From an uncultured Candidatus Babeliaceae bacterium (lineage in GTDB: Bacteria; Babelota; Babeliae; Babelales; Babelaceae): DNA of 64,000 nucleotides. Below the pieces are notes generated by a model that was not told the DNA's origin, did not search any database, and saw only the letters and a program-made list of their open reading frames with translations. Each line of letters begins with the position of its first letter. The first letter of the stretch is position 1. The position numbers and the translations under genes are program-made. Below, piece by piece: positions 35,605 through 44,906 of the stretch. The stretch lies in assembly GCA_963704655.1 (NCBI GenBank), contig OY969927.1, positions 96,001 through 160,000 on the forward strand, given 5' to 3'.

Positions 35605-36816
35605 TTAATTATTTGGCTGTGGTGCAACGAAAGGTAGCGGTTGAATGAGTGGCATTGAGGTCAATTGATTTTTTAAGCTTCGAGCTCTATTTAAAATCCA
35701 CTGTTCTTGGGGTAGACATGGGGTGAGCGCTTGAATAATATCATTACAGATTCTAACAGCATTATATTTCTCAACAGGGTCCGTCATGTGTGCTTTAATA
35801 TCGGCTAGTCTAAGGAATGTGGCATTTAAAACATAGCGACTTACATTTTCTGGGTTTTGTACATTTTCTTCAAGTATACGTGTATAGAGCGCTAGTGCTA
35901 TATTCAGATTTGCCCCAAAATTATAATTATTGTTGATGCGATAAAGTTCACTTAACATAAAGCGGTAATAATTTCGCAAATCAGGAGTGATTTCTGGTTG
36001 GTTATTGATATAGTGTTGTAAAATTTGTATGAATACATCTCTATTTTGATTCATAAGTACCAATGCGTCATGGACGATCAACCCTTGTTCGGGTGGGCAA
36101 ATTCTAAGCTCTTCAATAATTGCCCAGCAGAGGTGAAGAGCTGCCGCAGGGTTATCTGTTCTTATTGAAATAGCCAAAAAAAGACGCGAGGCATTTAATG
36201 TAATAGATCTGACGCTTTGTGGATTATTTTTACCTTCTGTGATGATAGTTCCATATAAATTATTCATGTAAGTATTTTCTTCTGGCGTGCGTGTTGGTAA
36301 GGTGCGTAGCATTTCTGCAATTCTAAAACGCTCTTCATTGCGATCTAAAGGTGATATGATAATTGCCGGGTCATTGAGAAGGTGATTATATGCGCGCATT
36401 AAAATGCGAGGATTTATTATAATACCGGTTGTAATATCAGGTATTGAGTTACTATATTTGTCTATCATTGCTGTAAATTGGTAAGATCTTTGTACAGCAA
36501 TTTCTGGTGTTGTCGCACTGTTAAAATAAGCAGAAAATAGTTCTTTAGCTCTTGTTTGATCCGCTAGGCGCTGTTCGTTTTGTGGAGCAGTTAAAGATCT
36601 TTCAAATAAAAGATCTGACAACGTGTATTGATACTGTGCTAATTCTTCTTGGCTTAGAAATTCAGGGTTGTTTTGCGCCTCAGTCATGAGTACTTCAAGA
36701 TCTGCGATATAGGCGTTCTTTTCTTCCTGAGTAAGCTGTTGCTCCGGGGCTTGCTGTGCATGAATACCTGCGCAGATGAAAACAGCAATTAAAAATAAAT
36801 ATTTTTTATACATCAT
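35605..36816 (-). CDS. Exported helical-repeat protein
   Basis: Signal peptide ...GIHA; two internal repeats (P..RN..RF.L.E..R ... NP..V....LNA....LA). Confidence 0.7.
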   Translation of the reverse strand: MMYKKYLFLIAVFICAGIHAQQAPEQQLTQEEKNAYIADLEVLMTEAQNNPEFLSQEELAQYQYTLSDLLFERSLTAPQNEQRLADQTRAKELFSAYFNSATTPEIAVQRSYQFTAMIDKYSNSIPDITTGIIINPRILMRAYNHLLNDPAIIISPLDRNEERFRIAEMLRTLPTRTPEENTYMNNLYGTIITEGKNNPQSVRSITLNASRLFLAISIRTDNPAAALHLCWAIIEELRICPPEQGLIVHDALVLMNQNRDVFIQILQHYINNQPEITPDLRNYYRFMLSELYRINNNYNFGANLNIALALYTRILEENVQNPENVSRYVLNATFLRLADIKAHMTDPVEKYNAVRICNDIIQALTPCLPQEQWILNRARSLKNQLTSMPLIQPLPFVAPQPNN

Positions 36817-36827
36817 TATTAAAGCCT

Positions 36828-37934
36828 TTATTGTGGTGCCTGTCTTTTGCGTTGTTGTTCTAATTGCCCTTTATAGTGCGTGAACCATTCATTTAAGCTG
36901 TTTAATAAATTTTGAGCGGGCGTAAGAAGACTCTGGCTTTCTGCAGGCAGCTTTTGCTCATCTTGAATGATCATGTTTGCAAGTTGCCAGGCTTGATTTT
37001 TTGCTTGTGGGACAGGCTCTTGAGCAAGTTGGGATGCATTATCAAATATGTTTCTTCGCAATTGACGCGTATAACCAAGGAGATTTTGTCTCTGAGCTTC
37101 ATTTTCAATTTGTTGAGCATCTCTGATAATAGTGTTGGTAAGATCGAGAATTGTACCAATTCTTCCTGATCGAATAAGTTCGTTAGCCAGTCTAAACCGT
37201 GCCCAGTTTAATATCTCTGGAGAAACATCTGCTTGGGGCGCATTGGTCACTGTTTGATAATAATTCAATGCGTAAGCAAGTGAACCGCGGCTTGGATGGC
37301 CCATCCGGTTTATTTCACCAAGATAAAATCGATATTTATTTTTTTCACGTGGGGTTAATTCAGAAGACTTAATCAATTCTAATAATATGGGTTTAAAGTC
37401 CATACGCTCTTCTAATGTAGGTGTTTCAAGAACAAGCTGTGCAATATCCTTATATCTTTTGAGTTGAGGTCTTAAGGGTGAAGTTTCTTTAAAAAACTCT
37501 TGTGAAACTTCCTCGGCGCGCTTTTTATTTCTTTCTTTTAAAGTTGGGTCTTCGGGTTGGCCAAGAACATTATTTTGCTGCAATAAACCATTTATTAATA
37601 AATATTGTGCATCACCAAGATCATCAGGCTTAACAAATTCTCTATTGGTCTTGGCGCTTGCAAGAATTTCTTCGAGTTGTGGAATTACTGGTACCGGTGT
37701 TTGGTACTGAAAATCTATATCCCTTTTGATTGTGTTCATTAAATGGGAATTTTCTATTTGCTGCAACAGTATACGTGTTTTTCGCTCAAGATCCTGAGTT
37801 TTAGCACGACTTTCAATATTGGTAAGATTAGCAAGTCGTTCTTCGGCAAGTCTTGTTAATTCAGCGGCATACACTTGTGCATATGTTAAAGAGTAGAGAA
37901 TGCTGGTTATAAGAAATAGCAGGTTTTTATTCAT
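36828..37934 (-). CDS. Exported helical-repeat protein, paralogue of 35605..36816
   Basis: Signal peptide; LEEILASAKTNREFV and TPREKNKYRFYLGEINR...LNWARFRLA match the neighbour's motifs. Confidence 0.7.
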   Translation of the reverse strand: MNKNLLFLITSILYSLTYAQVYAAELTRLAEERLANLTNIESRAKTQDLERKTRILLQQIENSHLMNTIKRDIDFQYQTPVPVIPQLEEILASAKTNREFVKPDDLGDAQYLLINGLLQQNNVLGQPEDPTLKERNKKRAEEVSQEFFKETSPLRPQLKRYKDIAQLVLETPTLEERMDFKPILLELIKSSELTPREKNKYRFYLGEINRMGHPSRGSLAYALNYYQTVTNAPQADVSPEILNWARFRLANELIRSGRIGTILDLTNTIIRDAQQIENEAQRQNLLGYTRQLRRNIFDNASQLAQEPVPQAKNQAWQLANMIIQDEQKLPAESQSLLTPAQNLLNSLNEWFTHYKGQLEQQRKRQAPQ

Positions 37935-38038
37935 ATTTAAAGCCCTTTGTATTATTTTTAAGTATTTACTTTAATTATAGCGCTTAAAGTATTTTAAAAG
38001 CAATGCTTTTGGGGCAGTATTCGCCTTTTAGCGGGGTT

Positions 38039-38635
38039 TTAAGCTCGTAGTGGAGATTTTTGGGGAAGTAGCAGGCTATGAATGCTTTGCATGTCGCTAT
38101 GAAAGGTCCCTGGGTGTGAATAATAGCGCCCTATAAAAAAACCGATCCCGGTAGCTAAAATTGCTGCGTAGCCTGTATAGAGTAGATTTTTATAGTGGGA
38201 ATCTCGTTGTGTGGACTCAAGTTTATGGCGAAAGTTTTGTTGGGACGCTTCAAGTTTTGAGACGTTTATTTTAAGTTGGTGCATTGCCCGGCCTATTCTT
38301 TCCTGAGGGCTGCCTTCAGAAGATACTGCTTGCATAGGTGCGATATTGATTCTGGACGTTCTAGCAAGAGCATCTTTTAATTTTTTTGACTCTTTTAAAA
38401 TTGATTTGCCCTGTTTTGTGTTAGAGGCCACAAAATAGCGCTGGGCGCCGGGGTGAAACCCCGTAACTTCAATAAAAACAAGATCCCGAGGGTCTGCGTC
38501 AGCAGGCATTACAAAAGTTATATACTCTTCATCTTGAGCATAAAGTTTTAAAAAAAGTATGAGAAAAAATATGGTGAGCTGCTTAACCCAAGGGATTACG
38601 AGCTCACCATACGTGTTATTTTTTTGAACAGACAT
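38039..38635 (-). CDS. Membrane protein with coiled coil and C-terminal TM helix (R-SNARE-like)
   Basis: N-terminal hydrophobic stretch; heptads followed by KNL and a TM helix; abuts the dnaJ stop codon. Confidence 0.6.
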   Translation of the reverse strand: MSVQKNNTYGELVIPWVKQLTIFFLILFLKLYAQDEEYITFVMPADADPRDLVFIEVTGFHPGAQRYFVASNTKQGKSILKESKKLKDALARTSRINIAPMQAVSSEGSPQERIGRAMHQLKINVSKLEASQQNFRHKLESTQRDSHYKNLLYTGYAAILATGIGFFIGRYYSHPGTFHSDMQSIHSLLLPQKSPLRA

Positions 38636-39781
38636 TTATCTTAAAAATTTTTTGAAAAAAGCGGTTATCGAACCCTGCGCGCCATTGGTTTTGGTGCCAA
38701 TAAGTTCAGAGTATTTCTCTAAAGACTCTTGCGCATCAGAAGGCAACTTTTTAGGGATATCACATTGCGTGGTGATAACTAAATTGCCGCGACCTTTGCC
38801 ACGAATTTTAGGAAACCCTTTACCAGCAATAATAATACGTTCGCCAATTGGGCAGCCACGTGGAACCTTGATCGTCTCTTTTTCGCCATCTAAGGTCTCA
38901 ATATCCATTTGGCAGCCAAAAACAAGCTGTGGATAAGTAAGGGTAATAGCAGATTCAAGGTCATCATCAACGCGTTTGAACTGTTTATGAGGCATAACAG
39001 CTATTTTTAAAAACAAGTCGCCATACTCGCCGCCAAAGATACCAGCATCACCTTTGCCAGCAATGCGCAATTCTGCGCCGTCATAAATCCCTGCTGGGAT
39101 ATTAACGCTCACGGTGTCATATTTTTGAATACGTGATTGGCCTTTACATGCTTTGCATGGTGAAGGTATCGTGTATCCAAGCCCCTGACAATTTGAACAG
39201 GGCTGTGAGTAAGCAAACATACCTTGTCTAAAGGTTGTTTGGCCGCTTCCGTCACATTCTTTACATGCGTGCGCAGTTGTGCCTTTTTCAGCAGCTTTGC
39301 CGTCACAGGTGGTACAAACCACGAAATGGTAGTAAGTAATATCTTTTTTAACCCCTTTGAATGATTCTTCAAAGGTAAGGGTGACTTCTTTTGCTAAATC
39401 ATGACCACGTTTAGGTGTAGGTCCAGATTTTTTACGTCTTTTTTGTTGCGCCCCGCCGCCAAAGATATCGCCAAACATATCAAAGATGTTTTCCATATTA
39501 ACATCTTGGCCCTGGCCAAATCCATTAAAACCACCAAAGCCTTGCCCGCCGCCCATATCAGCGCCAGCGTGGCCAAATTGGTCGTACTGTTTTCGTTTGG
39601 TAGCATCTGAAAGGACTTCATAAGCACCCGAGACTTCTTTAAAGCTTTCTTCGGCCGCTTTGTTGCCGGGGTTACGATCTGGGTGATATTTTAAGGCAAG
39701 CTTGCGGTATGCAGCTTTGATATCTTCTTGTGATGCTGAACGTTGAACACCAAGTATTTCGTAAAAATCTTTTTGAGCCAT
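38636..39781 (-). CDS. dnaJ: Chaperone DnaJ
   Basis: J-domain HPD, G/F region, four CxxCxG(x)G-type repeats. Confidence 0.98.
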   Translation of the reverse strand: MAQKDFYEILGVQRSASQEDIKAAYRKLALKYHPDRNPGNKAAEESFKEVSGAYEVLSDATKRKQYDQFGHAGADMGGGQGFGGFNGFGQGQDVNMENIFDMFGDIFGGGAQQKRRKKSGPTPKRGHDLAKEVTLTFEESFKGVKKDITYYHFVVCTTCDGKAAEKGTTAHACKECDGSGQTTFRQGMFAYSQPCSNCQGLGYTIPSPCKACKGQSRIQKYDTVSVNIPAGIYDGAELRIAGKGDAGIFGGEYGDLFLKIAVMPHKQFKRVDDDLESAITLTYPQLVFGCQMDIETLDGEKETIKVPRGCPIGERIIIAGKGFPKIRGKGRGNLVITTQCDIPKKLPSDAQESLEKYSELIGTKTNGAQGSITAFFKKFLR

Positions 39782-39832
39782 AATTATATTTTTTTATTTT
39801 AATGAGCTTGAAAAAACACCATCTTGCGGTGC

Positions 39833-39912
39833 CCCGTTGTGTCATCCCGGACTTGATCCGGGATCTTATCCGTTTACAAAGAGACCCTGAAACGAGCTCA
39901 GGGTGACACGGG
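39833..39912. repeat. Palindromic REP/MITE-like element
   Basis: Outer stem GTGTCATCCC/GGGTGACAC enclosing inner hairpins ATCCCGGA..TCCGGGAT and CCCTGA..TCAGGG. Confidence 0.75.
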
Positions 39913-39933
39913 ATAATATCTCTATAATTCTAA

Positions 39934-39959
39934 CGCTTTTTGGAATTTTGAGCAATCGG
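39934..39959 (-). repeat. Duplicated 3' end of the epimerase gene (att-like; partner at 40784..40809)
   Basis: CGCTTTTTG(G/A)AATTTTGAGCAATCGG, 25/26 identical; this copy reads DCSKFQKALEL* on the minus strand. Confidence 0.85.
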
Positions 39960-40077
39960 TGCACGAACAGGAAAATTTATCACTTTTCGATATTATATAA
40001 AAATAGCAATTTGCAGTATCAGAAGCCCATAATGAGGCGAAAAGTTAGGTAAAATCCCTATAAAGTAGATAAAACTC

Positions 40078-40106
40078 TTGATTTTACCCCCCCCCCATGA
40101 TAAATT
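40078..40106 (+). promoter_or_regulatory. Putative sigma70 promoter with a C10 homopolymer in the spacer
   Basis: TTGATT - 17 nt (containing C10 at 40087-40096) - TAAATT, with TGn; 50 nt upstream of the ATG at 40156. Confidence 0.55.
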
Positions 40107-40155
40107 CATAATAGTAATATAATTAATATAATTAAATCTAAAAAAAGGAGATACT

Positions 40156-40725
40156 ATGAAAAATCGAATAATTATTTTACTATCGTTTACTTTCTTATCA
40201 TCAGCGATGGCGCTTACACAGGTTGATTTTAAAAAACTTGATGAGATTGTCAAAGAATCTGTAGCAAATCCATCTAAGAATCAAAGAAAATATAATAATC
40301 TTTGGGAGGATGGTGTTCTTACGGTAAAGGGTCTAAATTATGATGCTTTAGTGCAGTTAATTCAGGCCAATGCCGATACTCGTACTCCGAGGAGTGATTT
40401 GAAGGCTTTACGTTCTATGATTGAAGGGCAATGTAATTCATTAGGATTTACAGGCAGACTAATAAAAACATATATAAAAGGTGATAATAAGAAACAACAA
40501 ATCTGCTATATGTGCCGCAACTATTGGGAAAATGCAGCTAAGTACGATACAGAATTAAGGCTTGCAACCTTTTCTTTTAAAAATCCGAATTCATCAATTA
40601 TTCATCCTAAGGCTTACGAATATGTTTGTGGTAGTTTACCTCTGGCAAGCGAAGCTGTTAATGATGAGTCTGAGCGCGAACTTACAGCTCAGGAACAAGC
40701 TGATTTAGCACAAATCACCGCTTAA
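40156..40725 (+). CDS. Exported hypothetical protein
   Basis: AAGGAG RBS; signal peptide ...SAMA. Confidence 0.8.
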   Translation: MKNRIIILLSFTFLSSAMALTQVDFKKLDEIVKESVANPSKNQRKYNNLWEDGVLTVKGLNYDALVQLIQANADTRTPRSDLKALRSMIEGQCNSLGFTGRLIKTYIKGDNKKQQICYMCRNYWENAAKYDTELRLATFSFKNPNSSIIHPKAYEYVCGSLPLASEAVNDESERELTAQEQADLAQITA

Positions 40726-40742
40726 AATTAAGAAACATAAAC

Positions 40743-40773
40743 AAAAAAAGGCCCCGAAATTTCGGGGCCTTTT
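40743..40773. terminator. Bidirectional intrinsic terminator
   Basis: AAAAGGCCCCGAA-AT-TTCGGGGCCTTTT between convergent genes. Confidence 0.85.
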
Positions 40774-40774
40774 G

Positions 40775-41668
40775 CTATAAAAGCGCTTTTTGAAATTTTG
40801 AGCAATCGGCCTGCGAATGCTTAATGTCACCAGGGCGATCTGGCAGGTAAGATACTGGTTGTTGATATTCTGGATGCTGCTGCAAAAGTTCTTCAAGTTT
40901 AGATTGCAGGGTGATGCTCGTGCCCGTTGCGATATTAAATGGCTGGCCGTCAGCATAACGTGCATTAAGCATGCCAGCTTTTAATGTTGCTTTGACAACG
41001 TCATTAACATGAATAAAATCCCGTGTTTGTTGGCCATCACCAAATATCGTTATAGGCTCATTATTAACTATTTTATGGTTCAATACTGCTACAACGCCAC
41101 CATTGCCTGCGGCATGGTTTTGGCGCGGGCCGTAGACATTGAAATAACGTAAACAAACGGTTTCAAGTTCATAGCAGTTTGCGTATAGTTGGCAGAGTTC
41201 TTCGCCAAGTTTTTTTGAATATCCGTAGGTCGAGACGGGGTTAGTTTGAGTTTCTTCTGTGCAAAGGCCCTCATGGTTACCGTAAACGGCCGCGGAAGAG
41301 GCAAAAATTACCCGCTGGCAACCGTTTAGCCTGGCTGCTTCAAGAATATGCGCCGAACCTTGAACATTCGTTTCTAGGCAAAAATGGGGGTTGTTTTGGC
41401 TTGCCGCCACAGAAACTACTGCCGCAAGATGAAAAACGGTCTCTATTTCTTGGCAGGCCTGTACCGCAGTATGAATATCGGTAACAGAGCCGTGTATGAA
41501 TTCGATATCAGCTTTTATGGCATCAAGGTTTGCATATGAACCGGTTTCCATATTGTCTAAAACGCGGACATATGCGCCAAGAGCAACTAATTTTTCACAC
41601 AGGTGCGAGCCTATAAACCCTGCGCCTCCGGTTACTAATACCATTCTTTTTTTATAAAAGTTTTCCAT
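40775..41668 (-). CDS. NAD-dependent epimerase/dehydratase (extended SDR)
   Basis: TGGAGFIGSH, SSAAVYG, YGYSK, LRYFNVYGP, GDGQQTRDF. Confidence 0.93.
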   Translation of the reverse strand: MENFYKKRMVLVTGGAGFIGSHLCEKLVALGAYVRVLDNMETGSYANLDAIKADIEFIHGSVTDIHTAVQACQEIETVFHLAAVVSVAASQNNPHFCLETNVQGSAHILEAARLNGCQRVIFASSAAVYGNHEGLCTEETQTNPVSTYGYSKKLGEELCQLYANCYELETVCLRYFNVYGPRQNHAAGNGGVVAVLNHKIVNNEPITIFGDGQQTRDFIHVNDVVKATLKAGMLNARYADGQPFNIATGTSITLQSKLEELLQQHPEYQQPVSYLPDRPGDIKHSQADCSKFQKALL

Positions 41669-41761
41669 TTTTCTACCCGCTTTATTAATACTCTTCTGCA
41701 CAGTAGATATAGAATTAATTATTCAAAAAGTCGAGCCTGCTTAGATATATGTGTGATGTGT

Positions 41762-42754
41762 TTATATATTCTTTTTAAGAGTTTCCCGTGCTTGTCTTCT
41801 TATTTTTGGTGATGTTTCAGGTGAATTTATTATATTTTCAAGAATTTCGCGTGCCTTTTCTTTATTATTTATTAAATGGCTTGAATAATGAATTGCTAGA
41901 TTAATTTGATTTAATTGAGCCTTTTCTTTGTATTCGTTAGTAGATTTTAATGAGCCAAAGACAATATCATCTAATGTATCGTTCATGTTATCAAGCTCTT
42001 GTTCAGATGGTTCCTGGTGAAGTTTTTCAAAGATGATTTCAAAAAGATCATCTAATGCTCTTTTAACTGTGCTTGTTTCTGCTGGTGAATCAGTATTAAT
42101 AATTTCTAAAATAAGTTTTGTTGCCTTTGGTAGATCTTTTGCAACTTCGCCTTCTTGGGGTTCTTTGGGTGCATATATATATTTCCCTGCAATAAAGAGT
42201 TGACTATTATAGGCAGCTTTCAGCTGTTGTTGATTAATAGGGGCTTTTGCATTGAGCATTTTTATATCATGTATAACTCTTAATGCCACTTCCAGTTTCA
42301 TGTTTCTTGTATTGATATCAACAAGTGTGTTTAAATACGCTACAAGTGGTCCCCGGCTTCGTTTAAGAAGATCCTTTGGAATAAGCTGATTTTCTACTGA
42401 ATTTAAAAATTGATCTTTTATATCATCAGTAAGAATGTTATCTTTTTCAAATCGTTTAAGTATTCTTAGGATGATATCAAAGGATCTGTCCCGTAAATCC
42501 TGATCATGAAGTTCTTCATTGAAAAGTGTGTCATACAGTTGTTCTAATGCGTTTTTGGAGTTTTGGGTAAAATCGGCAGGGGTGATTCTACCATTACCAA
42601 ACTTCTGCAGACTCACATAATACAAATCTTCAGCTGAGTTTATTTTTATTGCAAATTTTAAAGTTTCTGGTGGTATTTCAGGAAGCTCGGCGCTCCATGC
42701 TACATGCGGTAGCATACTTAATGTTATAGCTATACGTGATAATAATTTTTTCAT
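41762..42754 (-). CDS. Exported helical (TPR/Sel1-like) protein
   Basis: Probable start MKKLLSRIAITLSMLPHVAWSA; helical composition. Confidence 0.65.
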   Translation of the reverse strand: MKKLLSRIAITLSMLPHVAWSAELPEIPPETLKFAIKINSAEDLYYVSLQKFGNGRITPADFTQNSKNALEQLYDTLFNEELHDQDLRDRSFDIILRILKRFEKDNILTDDIKDQFLNSVENQLIPKDLLKRSRGPLVAYLNTLVDINTRNMKLEVALRVIHDIKMLNAKAPINQQQLKAAYNSQLFIAGKYIYAPKEPQEGEVAKDLPKATKLILEIINTDSPAETSTVKRALDDLFEIIFEKLHQEPSEQELDNMNDTLDDIVFGSLKSTNEYKEKAQLNQINLAIHYSSHLINNKEKAREILENIINSPETSPKIRRQARETLKKNI

Positions 42755-42893
42755 GGATATCCCCCGATTTTGCTTCAAGTATAAAATATAGTTACCGCAG
42801 AAAACAAGAGTATATTTTTTATCGCGCATCTCTTTTATTTAAAGTAATTTATGTATATATTCCTGCTAGATCTATTTTTTATAAAGGGTAGGT

Positions 42894-43070
42894 ATGAAAA
42901 AAATAGTTGTATGGTCATTTATGGTGGCAGTTAATTTTTGCAATGGCGCAATGCCTCAGCCGATAACTTCAGGGCTTCGCTTAAAGATAGAAAGATTAGA
43001 AATGCAGCATAAGATATTTTTACATATCTGCGAGCAAAAAAATCAGCAACGCCTTAGATCGAAATTATAA
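42894..43070 (+). CDS. Small exported protein (58 aa; not in ORF track)
   Basis: AAGGGTAGGT RBS-like sequence; MKKIVVWSFMVAVNFCNGA signal peptide; basic helical tail. Confidence 0.55.
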   Translation: MKKIVVWSFMVAVNFCNGAMPQPITSGLRLKIERLEMQHKIFLHICEQKNQQRLRSKL

Positions 43071-44372
43071 CGGTTGCTTAAGTAATTTTTCTGCCATGTG
43101 CTTGCCCTCTAAAAGACCCTCTTGCATGCTTGAATATTTCCAGCCGCCGTATCTGCCGATAGAGTGGATGTCTTTTTCTTCAAGTCTTTGATGAATCAGC
43201 AGTAAGTTTTTGTCCCGCCAGGCGTCAAATATAACATAGGCATGCCCAATAGTGATTATCTTTTCTGTTGTAATCTCACTATCGTCAATTTTTAATATCT
43301 TCTTGGTTTGGGCAATTGCAGTTTCAAGCATGTGTTTAACCTCGGCTTGTGGTTTTTGTAGATGAGAAAACTCGCCATAGAGTGATGAATAGCCTTGCGG
43401 GGCCATGCTGGCTGCAAAGTTGTTTGAAAAGCCGATACGGTAAAAAGGGTACTGTTTTTCTGGGTAGTAAATCCAATGCTTGTCTGAAAAATTTTCTCGC
43501 TTAATTCCCAAATTAAAATTAACTACGCTATTGCATAAAAGCTTTTTTGCCTGACGCGCAAGATCAGTCGTGCTTGACTCTTTAATACAGGTTAAAAAGA
43601 TATTAAGCGGCATCGTGTTAATTAGCGTTTTATACTGTTCACTTGTGCCATCTGAAAATATAACTTTTTTTTCTTGAAGATCTATTTGGGTTACCGTTTT
43701 TTGTAGCTGAACTGGCTGTTTAAGTTGTGCGTGTAACTTTTTTATCCAAAAGAATATACCGTCTTGTTTTGGGTAAAAAAATTGTGCATTATACCCGATC
43801 TGTTGTTCTTGTGGCGGCTGTAATGCGCCGGTGATCATCTCTGTTAAACTAGTTTTGGGTACAAATCTTCCGGTCCATGACGATGAAAGTTTTTCAATAG
43901 GATATGAAAATATCTTTTCTTGATACGGGTAAAAAAAATGCTCAGCTATCCCTTTACCAAAATTGGTAAGCACCCAGTTTTTAAAGTCTTTCGGTAGCTT
44001 TTTTGTGCGGGGTCGTTCGATAAAACCTTCTATGCATTCAGCAATGGTACGTGGGGGCAAACCGTGTAAATTAACTTGGTATGGGTAGTGCGTATAGGTA
44101 TCTTGTGAATAGATAAATGATCTGCGGTTAATCGTATTAAAATTTTCAAAGCCTACTACGCTGGCAATAAACTCTTTAAAATAGTTGTCATTAATGTGCA
44201 ACAAATGGCCTGTGTAATCAAAAGTGAAACCATCTTGATAAACAGATCGGCACAAACCTCCTACTTCAGCTTCCTTTTCAAATAGTTTATAATCAGTAAA
44301 ACCGAGTTTTTCTAAGTGATATGCGGTTGAAAGACCGGTTAAGCCTGCACCGATAATTACTATATCTGCCAT
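43065..44372 (-). CDS. FAD-dependent oxidoreductase (HemY-like / UDP-galactopyranose mutase-like)
   Basis: IIGAGLTGL, GGLCRS, FTFDYTGHLLH, HAYV, GRYGGWKY. Confidence 0.8.
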   Translation of the reverse strand: MADIVIIGAGLTGLSTAYHLEKLGFTDYKLFEKEAEVGGLCRSVYQDGFTFDYTGHLLHINDNYFKEFIASVVGFENFNTINRRSFIYSQDTYTHYPYQVNLHGLPPRTIAECIEGFIERPRTKKLPKDFKNWVLTNFGKGIAEHFFYPYQEKIFSYPIEKLSSSWTGRFVPKTSLTEMITGALQPPQEQQIGYNAQFFYPKQDGIFFWIKKLHAQLKQPVQLQKTVTQIDLQEKKVIFSDGTSEQYKTLINTMPLNIFLTCIKESSTTDLARQAKKLLCNSVVNFNLGIKRENFSDKHWIYYPEKQYPFYRIGFSNNFAASMAPQGYSSLYGEFSHLQKPQAEVKHMLETAIAQTKKILKIDDSEITTEKIITIGHAYVIFDAWRDKNLLLIHQRLEEKDIHSIGRYGGWKYSSMQEGLLEGKHMAEKLLKQPL

Positions 44373-44437
44373 AATGTGCTCCTTTATGCACAGCAGTTAT
44401 AGAATGAAATAAAAAAAATGTCGAGGACGATGAAACT

Positions 44438-44899
44438 ATGAATAAGTACGTAGTATTATTAACGGTATGCTCAAGTTTGTGTATTTTAAATGCTTCTGAG
44501 CACAATTCTACAATAAAATTGTCGCGTGAAAAAAAATTTGTTTTTCTTATAGGTGTAAGTGATAGATATCAATTGAAAAGAATTAATAAATGTATTGAAC
44601 GTGCTGCGAAAAAAGTAAGGAACGCTACTCATTGTTCTTTGAGTCAGAATATTCAAATTGTGCCTGTAATAGAAAAAGAAGTTATTGATTTGGAGCATCA
44701 AGCTCCTTCTAGCGTCAGTGATAAAAAAGATCCTAGTGTTAACCCTGAGATTGAACATGATAATAGAAAACAAGAAGGCTCTGGTGTAGCATCAGCAGAA
44801 ATTGATATTTTTGAGTATCAAGCTTTTTCAAAAGCTGGTGATAACATAAGTCCAAGTATCAAACCTGCACATATCATGTCATTTATTATGAGAGAGTGA
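44438..44899 (+). CDS. Exported hypothetical protein
   Basis: Signal peptide ...ILNA. Confidence 0.6.
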   Translation: MNKYVVLLTVCSSLCILNASEHNSTIKLSREKKFVFLIGVSDRYQLKRINKCIERAAKKVRNATHCSLSQNIQIVPVIEKEVIDLEHQAPSSVSDKKDPSVNPEIEHDNRKQEGSGVASAEIDIFEYQAFSKAGDNISPSIKPAHIMSFIMRE

Positions 44900-44906
44900 T
44901 TTATAA

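Noticed and set aside
38007-38072. Third att-like 3'-end duplication (TTTTGGGG(C/A)AGTA)
   Set aside because: Only about 13 bp, with no cargo between the copies; could be chance.
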